Assembly (NCBI GenBank): GCA_964057225.1
Contig: OZ059899.1
Location: 6,262,001-6,326,000 of the forward strand
Reading direction: 5' to 3'
DNA length: 64,000 bases
From: Auanema rhodensis
Taxonomy: Eukaryota > Animalia > Nematoda
Below, piece after piece: positions 55,407-64,000 of this stretch (its first letter is position 1; the number at the start of each line of letters is the position of its first letter). The translations under genes were made by a program, and so were the position numbers. The notes under the pieces were generated by a model. It made no database searches, was not told the origin of the DNA, and saw only the letters and a list, made by a program, of their open reading frames with translations.

Positions 55407-58400
55407 CTGGAAATAATTGAACTGATAAGATAGTTCTTTATGGTTGAAACTTTTAATAGTCTAAGGACAAAAAGTTATAAGGCTTAACCAAAAATGAATC
55501 AGAATATAAAATGAGAATGAAACGTTAATGAGAAATACAAAAAAGCTTCCGAGTCTTGTTAGGTCATTGCATCTTATGAGCCCGACTAAAGGGCAGACGA
55601 TGAGCTGAGTTCTATACACTTATAATGAACTAGGAGGAAGTGAAGTGAGGACGATGAAAAAAAGCAAAGAACGAATGAATAGTATAAACAGAAATAAATG
55701 TGAGAAAAAGTAATACAAAAATTTAAAAAAAAAAGAAAACAAAAAATAGCCCGAGGCAATAAACGCGATAATGTGGAAAGGTTTCATGTCTCTCCTTAAG
55801 CATTGCCGACGAAAAACAATGGTGAGAGAATGGCAGAAAGGACAGGCTCAGTACAAAAATATAGAGAAATAGAGAGAAAAGGAAAGGGATATAGCTCTAT
55901 GTGGCAACTTGTATGTATATGTGTATGTGCAATTGGCGACAAAAACAGAGGAGGTGCTGCTAAGTTGTTGAGACTTGTTAAAAATGCTCGAAAAGTACAC
56001 AGGCACATACATTGAGCCTGGCTTTTTCAAAATACACATGTTTGTATATAATTATGTCAGCCAAGTACAAAAATAATAGAATTCAGAAGTTAATTTAATG
56101 GAATTACAATGAAGAAGGATTATATTTCAATACGATATGGCTTTCGAATTGTTACAGGAATTCAGCTTGTAAGTCCTGATGAAGCGCCAACTTGCATCTG
56201 CAAATGCGTCAGTAGGCTCGTGACTCACTATGACCACAGGCAACATATAGGCTAAAAACCACAACACAAAAAAACATGAAATCTGAGCAAGAAAGAATAG
56301 GGCAGAGTTACTCAATAGCAAAAATAGCGCCAGGGATACGAAATTAAGGATATTACACACTTTACTGGAAGAATTGAACTCAAGTCAACGGGATTCTGAG
56401 TGCTGAATTTAGAAAAATGCTAAGGGATATAACCTTCCAGAGCTGGACGAATGATTAAGAAAATAGCGCGCAGAAAGGAGAGACGACGGATATGCAACTA
56501 TCTTTGATCAACGAAAAAATATGTGTTGAAAGTGCAGTTGTTGGACTAGCAGAGTGCTGAAAAACAAGCGAGAGACGTAGAAAACGCTGCATATACATAC
56601 ACATACACGACGCGAAGAAGGCGACGACGGCTACGAAGCCGTTGAAGACTTCAACGAGGACAAGCTCTCGGATGCGCGTTACGGATAGGTAATCAACATG
56701 TAAGTAGTGTATTTGGAACACTACGTAAACTTTCTTATTAACTATCATTAACATAATTGCACAGGTGTATTCCAATAAAATTTGTCATGAATCGCCAGTA
56801 CCAGATTAGGTGGGAGGAGACATACAAGTATTAGGAATTTATTTATTTGAAGGAAAAAAAGCAAAAACGAGATGAAACTTCGTCAAGCATTAATAGTTTT
56901 ATTTAAGAAAAATAGGGTAAACGTAGACAGTTCAACTATCAGCCCCGAATTAGAGTACAAGGAAAGAGAAAAAGGTCTGATAAAAGAGCATGATAGAGAA
57001 AAATTGAGAATATAGCAGCTAAGAGGGTACAAGAGAAATGTTGGTAGTAAAAAGTACAAAAAAGTAAGTAAATATTAGAAATAATAGAGCAGGGATGATA
57101 GAGAGAGTGAATAGTGCCAAATATAGTCTGGCTAATCATAATACTAGCAGTTAAAATAGTACCAAGTCCTAATAAAATTGTTCGCAAAGGTAGGTAGTAC
57201 TTAGTTGATCCAAAAAAACGAATAAAGATACTTTCGGATTTAATCAATCTATTAGCGCAACCTCTATATGCTCAAAGTGAAACATGGAGTGTGAAGCTCA
57301 TGAAGCTCGCAAACGGCTGGAACTCAAGCAGGCGGGGCGGAACATGAAGCTGTGCTGGCCGGAAAAGAACTGCCCTTCTAGTACATATAGCCTTCGCCGA
57401 TGGCGACGTGTACTTTGTGTTGGGCAAGGAATAAAACATCAGAAAATTGACGACGAGACGAAAAAGGAATACGAAATGTGAATAAGAAAGCTTGAGCAAA
57501 GCACATCTGATGAAATAATGATGATTTAGAAATCTTCATCAATAGTAGTTCGGAAGTGATGAGCTTCAAAAATGACTCACAGTTCTTATTCGCACCTTCT
57601 ACATGACACGTTCTGTTGGTACAGAGGGCGATGACTACACCACGTCGTCACGTGAATTGAAGGGTTATTTTAGAATTTGGCTTAGCAGGTTGAGGGCGAA
57701 AACAGGGCGAAGGCGGAGAGGACATGTGGCCTATTGGCGCATTTTTTGAATTTCCAAAAAATCATATTCAAAATCAGATCTTAAAAGCTTGTAGAGGTGA
57801 CAATGATCAAGAAAGCGCCATATGATTCGAACAAATATTTACAAAAACTTTTCAAATGTAGATAAGAAATTTGAGTCTCTTTTGAATAATTAAAACAAAA
57901 AATAGCAGGATCTGAAAGTTCCCCAAGGCAAAGGGCGGAAGAATTAGAGAAGTAGAGAAAGAAATAACTGACATACTACAACAAGGGCAATCCGAAACGA
58001 TGGAAGCAGGACGTCTCCAGACGAGAGAGGTAGTGGAATTCAAGGTTATTCAAGTACTTTTATTAAAAAGAATGAGAATGAAAAAGAGAGGGAGAGAAAA
58101 AAAGAAAGATAAAGATGAAGCACAAATTCAAAAAGAGAATTTTTGAGAGAGTTTGTGATTCTTATTCTCTTGAAGAATATATCTCTCAAAGCAAAGAATT
58201 TAAATGATTGGATTTAGTCTGATGAGTAGATAGCTTGATGAGAAAGACAATAAAGAAACGGAGCTAATCAGAGTACTTCCTATGTACTTAGTTCATCTAA
58301 ACATAATAGAAAAACATCTCCTTCAGGCAATTTCTATTTTCAATTTCTCATTGCACCAAACAACATTGGAAATAGTTCGTTTAACTTTTTGAAAGTTTTT

Positions 58401-61400
58401 GCTCTTTTTCTTTTTACCCTCTTCACTTCCTTCATATCATGTAGCTTCGCCCACCTCATTCTGTCTCTCTCTTTCAACAATCTTTTAGTTTTCTCTATTT
58501 TTTTCTTTGCTATAGACAAAAACTATCGTCATCTCATCTGTTTTCTATTTCAATCAACAACATTCTCTCTAAAGTTTTTATTGAGCAGAAAACGAGAAAA
58601 AATTCGTAAGTCATCATCATCATTGCAAAAAATCATTGAAATAATGAAGACAGATTGCTAAAATTACCAAAAAAGAGTTATGGTGATGATAATTCAACTA
58701 TCTAAAGTCAATGATTTAACTTCAAATTTCGATTTGCTTGCCCTGATTATTATGGGTCATCCAATAATATATTTGTATAAAAATGTTTTCTTAGAAAAAC
58801 TCAAGTAAAAAGCTTGCCTAAGGGCTTTCGGATGTGATCTTTGCAATAGCATAGGTTGACCTTTAAGTCCTTGTGTTGTTAACAACATGGTTGAAAGATG
58901 TAAACTAAGCAAATGAAAGTGTGAGGTTTTTTGTTTTGTTTTTTGTTAGACAGATATGTTTCAAGCTTATAAATGTTGCAACGATGTACCCAAGTGTTTT
59001 CTATTTTTAGATTCCCTCCACTCCTCTTCGAACGGGCGAAGATAAGAGAATACGAGAGGTGGAAAAGAGAAAAGTGAATGTCAGATTTTTCAATGCCGGA
59101 TTCTGTTTTTCAGCAGGAAGCCGATGAAGCTATGACGCTTTTTTAGCCGCCGCATAGCGTCCCACAAAACGATAGAAGTCAGTACTTTTCTTGTACTTTG
59201 TATTGACTGATTATGGAATTTTTGACTGAAGGGTGGGGGGAAGGGTAGTATTCCATGCTAACTAAAATTTATATATTTATATTTGGAAAAGAGCATGCTT
59301 TAGAAGGAACTATTTTTAGTAAAGTTCAGAATCAATGAATAAGAGATTTAAAGCACTCGATGTTGTAGTTGAGCAGTTTTTCTGATATAAGATTTACAAA
59401 GAAAACAACAAAAAAAGTTTGAAGAAGAGTAGATAAAATGACACACATTCACATCATTTCTTTCAAAAATAGGGCTTAGCGAATGATGACTATGTTGCTA
59501 ATCTTATATTATTTTCAGTGAAAATGAAATTAAAAAAAAAACGAATGATAGAGTTTTTTCAGCTATGATATGAAGATTCTATTATGTGTTGCGGAGAAAA
59601 GGGCAACTCAGAAAATTCAATCAGAAAAAGGAAACAAACGAAATCTGGTTAGGATGGAGCAGGTGAATATTCAAGCTCACACAGATCATTTGATAAAGCC
59701 CGATATCCTGAATACATTACTAATGACTCCAATTTAAAGATATCATTTGAAAAATTTTCATTTTTTCCATTCACAACGTCATTTTAGTTTTATCAAGCTC
59801 GTAATAGTCTTCCCTCGCTGTCACATAAAATGTTTAGAGAATCGTTGGAATTTGATTGGTCACATGGAAACAGAAAAAATGAAAAAAGCTTTGAATTTTC
59901 ATTAAAACTTATCGAACATTTGCCTGCTACGAGACCACAAATTTCACGCGAAACATCACGTGGATTACCATAGAAGCTCAGGTTTCTCGAAAAGCTCGAG
60001 GAACTCTGAGGACAATATGGAAAGAGCAACATTGGAAGCTCAAACTAAAACTATGATGATGGAGGGTTTTTTTAATTTCGTGATCATTTCAGAGAAAAAA
60101 GAAAAGAAAACAATAAAGAATTCGGAGTCGTAAAAGATAAGGAGAAGCAAGTACACTAGGTGGTTCCCAATGTTTATCATAGTTATAAAGAACATGAAAG
60201 ATACTTATTCTATCATTGTAATGCTGAAAAAAAAACAAAGTTTAATGGCAAAAAAAGTTTTAAGCTGAACCGATATAACGAATGATGCATGAGAAAGTAT
60301 ATTGAAGTAAGAGAAGGAGAACAAGAGCACGAGTGAGAGAGGCACAAACCCTTATTTAAAGAACGTTGTAGAAAGTGCTTAAAGAGCACAATTTTTTTGG
60401 AATTTCCTTTTATTCAAATAAGAAAAAAAGCCCAATAGCTCATCTGACATTTTGAGGGCAATGTCAAATGTAAAAGACATTATGTCTTTATTGACAAGAA
60501 CAGATAGAATAGACAACTGAATGGCTTTTACCTTGATGGAGCAAACAACTCGTCAGATCTATCAACCTACAAGCAGCTGCATATAGTTCTAATATAACTC
60601 CATTATAAATTAGAATATAACAAATAGTTATTCTATCTATCTATCTATATATATATATATTTCTTTTATTCCTATACATATATATATTCAATTCATAATA
60701 TCATATAGACTTAAATAAAAGTATGTATGAGCTCTATGTACTCTTAATTCGTTTTTCTTCTTTCTTTTTTTTGAAAACCACGCACATCGTATGTCGGCAG
60801 TATTAAGCTCTTTTGACCTTCTCGCCCTTTGTATTTAACTTCCTCAGATATTTTTCTTCTTTTCGCTTTCGACGTTCATTTCTCACCATATCTCACTTAT
60901 GGTCTTTTTCTGTGCCCGAAGCTCTTCTTTTCAATCTATCACAACAGAACTATTATATCTCATGCCAATAAGTATATTGAGTTGGTTATTGGAACAAACA
61001 TACATACATACATAGATTGTCTCTCTTATTTATCTATCTTTCTATATCTATATATAGCATATTTCATTCAAAGACCTGTCCGCTTAAAAGAACAAGACAA
61101 TTTTGAAATAAGAATAGTTTACTTCTTTTGAGTTATTCAACTTTGTTTCAAAAATAAATTCAAAATATCATCAGTAATATTAAATAAAATGATATTTGAA
61201 TGTTTCAAAATATGAAAGAATATGAAATGATTGAAAGAGATCAGAATAACATGAAGCTTAACTATTATAAAAATTTTCAATAGTATTCTGATTTTGTAGT
61301 TGGACTTCTTTTATAAAATAAAAGTAAGAAAAGTGAACATTGGAAGTTGGCAAGCAGTATGATTACATACATACATAGAAAAAAAGAATTTGCCGAAATA

Positions 61401-62218
61401 CTAGAGATTGAGCTAAACAAGGAGAATCAGAGAGCCTTCTAGTTGATCAAAGGACTATGAGAATGCGATGAGTTTCAGATGAGGCCTTTCATGAGTCGCC
61501 CTCTCTCCGTTTTTTTCTCATCTCTCGCATTTCTCGATCGCTCTCTGTTATACACGTACACTCCTTTTTTCTATTTCTTTCTCTCTCTCTCTCTCTTTTG
61601 AGCATTCATCCGTTTCTATCATTGCGGGTCCCGTGACTAGTCGATCTTTTAGAGCTTTCAGCTCTTTGAGTTGAAAAAATGCTAAAGTTTTCATGAACCC
61701 CAATTTAGCATTTTTTTAAGAGCTATTCCAATTTAAATTCTGTTTAATTTTCACTTTGTTTATTTATACTTTTTCTAATTCATATTAGTATTGAAAGTTT
61801 GATATATGAGCATCATTCTCATAGGACAATCCTATGAAATGAGAATTGAGAAATACTTTTTGCTCATATTCGTTCTTTTAACATGTCAGAGCTCAAAGAG
61901 CTTCAGCACTTTGAAGAAAGAAATTGCCCGATTAGAGAAGTAGATCTATAAGTTATAGAAAACATTTCGATAATCAAAATACTGATTAACAAACATTTCA
62001 AAGTATATCCTTGTCTACATGTCAAGGAGATTAAGCAAATTATGCTATTTTTAATTTTTATATTGTTCAAATGTTAAAAAATAATATTTTTTAGAGAAAT
62101 AGTTTTAGGAATAAAGTATATTTGATTCATTTTTGTTCATACCCGGAAAAATATTAAACTTATTTAGTTTACTATATATATATATATATTAAATTTTTTA
62201 GGAAATTAAAAGACATAC

Positions 62219-63236
62219 CTGAATTGGCGTATGTGTTGCCAAATGTATCAATGGGTCACACGCTTGCCACGAGCCCTATAATAATATAAAATAAGTTTTT
62301 AAAAAACGAATATGTCTAAAACAATAAAATCAGAGCAAAAAGATAGTTTGAAAACAGAAAAAAAGAAACATATTAAAAAGCAGTATAAATTCTTTTAGAA
62401 AAAAAATGAAACAAAAAAGCAGAATATATTAGAGAATGTAGAGATAACAAAAAAAAAAGATTCTAAGCTAGTCAAGCAATAGAAAAAAAAACGAAAAAAA
62501 ACGAGTGTGATAACACTGTGAAAGTTCCATCCGTAAAAAAACGAATGTCAAAAAAAAAACTGGCTCTTAAAACTCATCTCACCAATGGTTACAATTAGTA
62601 GAAAGAGGCCTTTTTTGCCGATAAAAGTAGCTGATAACTCCTCTCCATAACCAAGCAAATGATCGAGAGAAGAAAAAAGGTATTAGACAGAGAAAAGGTT
62701 GATTAATATATTTTCTGATAAGACCATTTAGGGACACTGTATGTTAAGGGGGGGGGGGGGGGAATAGAGCATTGGGATTGCAAACAGTTCGCAACATTGA
62801 CGCTTGAATGACCAGTGGAAAGCGAATACTGATTGCTGGACATTGAAGACATTGAAGAAATTTATTAAATCTTAATAATCCTTGTCATATTTGGATTCAG
62901 TAAGGAAAGAAAATAGTTAGAATGGTATATGAGCAAAAAAGGGAAACAACGGAACCAATATTCTGAATGGATGGATGCTGCCCACTCTTTTATAAAGGAC
63001 GGGATATAACTATGATGTTTAAAGCTATTGTTCAGAGGTGAAAAAACTTGTAACATCAGCTGATATTTGAATTTACTGTGTATGTTCTCTATATCAGATC
63101 GTAGTACTGTAGATAGGAATAACGAAAAATAAACTGAGGAAGCATTGAATGTCGTTCAAACTGAACGTGAAGCTAAGCTAGATGCACATGCTTGAAAGAT
63201 ACATCTCACCTTCTTGCTTTCTTCAAAGTGAGCCAT
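62219..63236 (-). CDS. hbl-1: Probable 5' coding exons of hbl-1 (63210-63236 MAHFEESKK; 62219-62275 GSWQACDPLIHLATHTPIQ)
   Basis: Good splice signals (ttctag.., AAG|gtgaga; tatag|, CAG|gtatgt). Both junctions are phase 0 and join in frame to exon 55288-55406 ([10 protein letters not shown]). Confidence 0.6.
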
Positions 63237-64000
63237 GTGAGGCTGGTCTATCCTCTACGGAACATATGCTGGATCTAGAAACATTTTTATGAAATAGAAA
63301 GCATCAGAGCTCATGGAAGAAAAATCAAGTTATTAAGTCCGAAATCAATGATGCGAGAACGATTGAGTGAAAAAATGCCAAAAAAACCGAAATACAAGGA
63401 GAAAACATAAATTGCTTGTCCGTTTAGGATTAAGAGCAGCTTCATGGGAATTAACGTGACCGACGACAAGAAAAGGGCGGTCCCCATAAAGAAGAAATCC
63501 AATTTAAGGAAGAAATTAGATAAAATTTCAGGAGCCAACGAGGTGCTCTTGGTCCAACCTTTTAGCCGAGTGTTGGTTTCTGTCTCAACTTTCAAAAAAA
63601 AACTTTTCTGTTTAAAAAAACTTCAGCACACGTTTTTGCGCTAGTAAATCGGATTAAATTGAATTGAATGGTGATGACATGAGCATGAGGAAATATTAAA
63701 AAAATGTTGGGAATGAGTCAATTGTGCTGGAAGCGAACATCGGCAGAAGTGGGACGGTAATCAAGAAGACAGTTACGATTAGACAGACGCGGACAATGAA
63801 CCGACGATGAACATTTGCGCAAAACGTCTGTCGGAGCAAAAAATTGTTGAACAAACACCATTTCTTCCGTACTTTGCGTAAAAAGAACAGATTGCAGAAT
63901 TTTGATCAGAAGAAATACGGATTGGTTCAAGCTCGAGATGCTAAAGTGCAGAAACAGCTAAACAGGATATTGTTAATTTGTAGGTAGATAAAGCAACATA

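Noticed and set aside
62748-62762. G15 run (and a C-run at about 10059-10071)
   Set aside because: Simple homopolymers; they could form G-quadruplexes but show no further evidence of function.

Overview
Eukaryotic genomic DNA from an AT-rich rhabditid-type nematode: 40-60 nt GT..AG introns, TTTCAG/TTCAG acceptors directly ahead of start codons (SL trans-splicing), and long (GA)n microsatellites. It has three zones. (1) About 1-16 kb is a gene-poor, microsatellite-rich region with only candidate non-coding 5' exons of a minus-strand gene lying left of the window. (2) About 16-37 kb is a very compact multi-exon gene block: WBP4-like, RABL6 (with a complete same-strand transmembrane RING gene nested in one intron), NTMT1/homt-1, a tail-anchored RING gene, an Urb2-like gene, vhl-1, a LOTUS-like protein, a divergent Cys-loop channel, and a secreted ShKT protein with a decayed partial duplicate. 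(3) About 37-64 kb holds developmental regulators with large regulatory regions: fax-1, a protein with three repeated zinc-finger modules, and hbl-1 with a 3'UTR carrying let-7, miR-71 and PUF sites. The most notable observations are the nested ligase gene, a vhl-1/Urb2-like junction of only 26 nt, and an in-frame candidate alternative last exon in the final hbl-1 intron that would drop the miRNA-regulated 3'UTR. Gene models were spliced and translated by hand, and family calls rest on recalled motifs rather than database searches.
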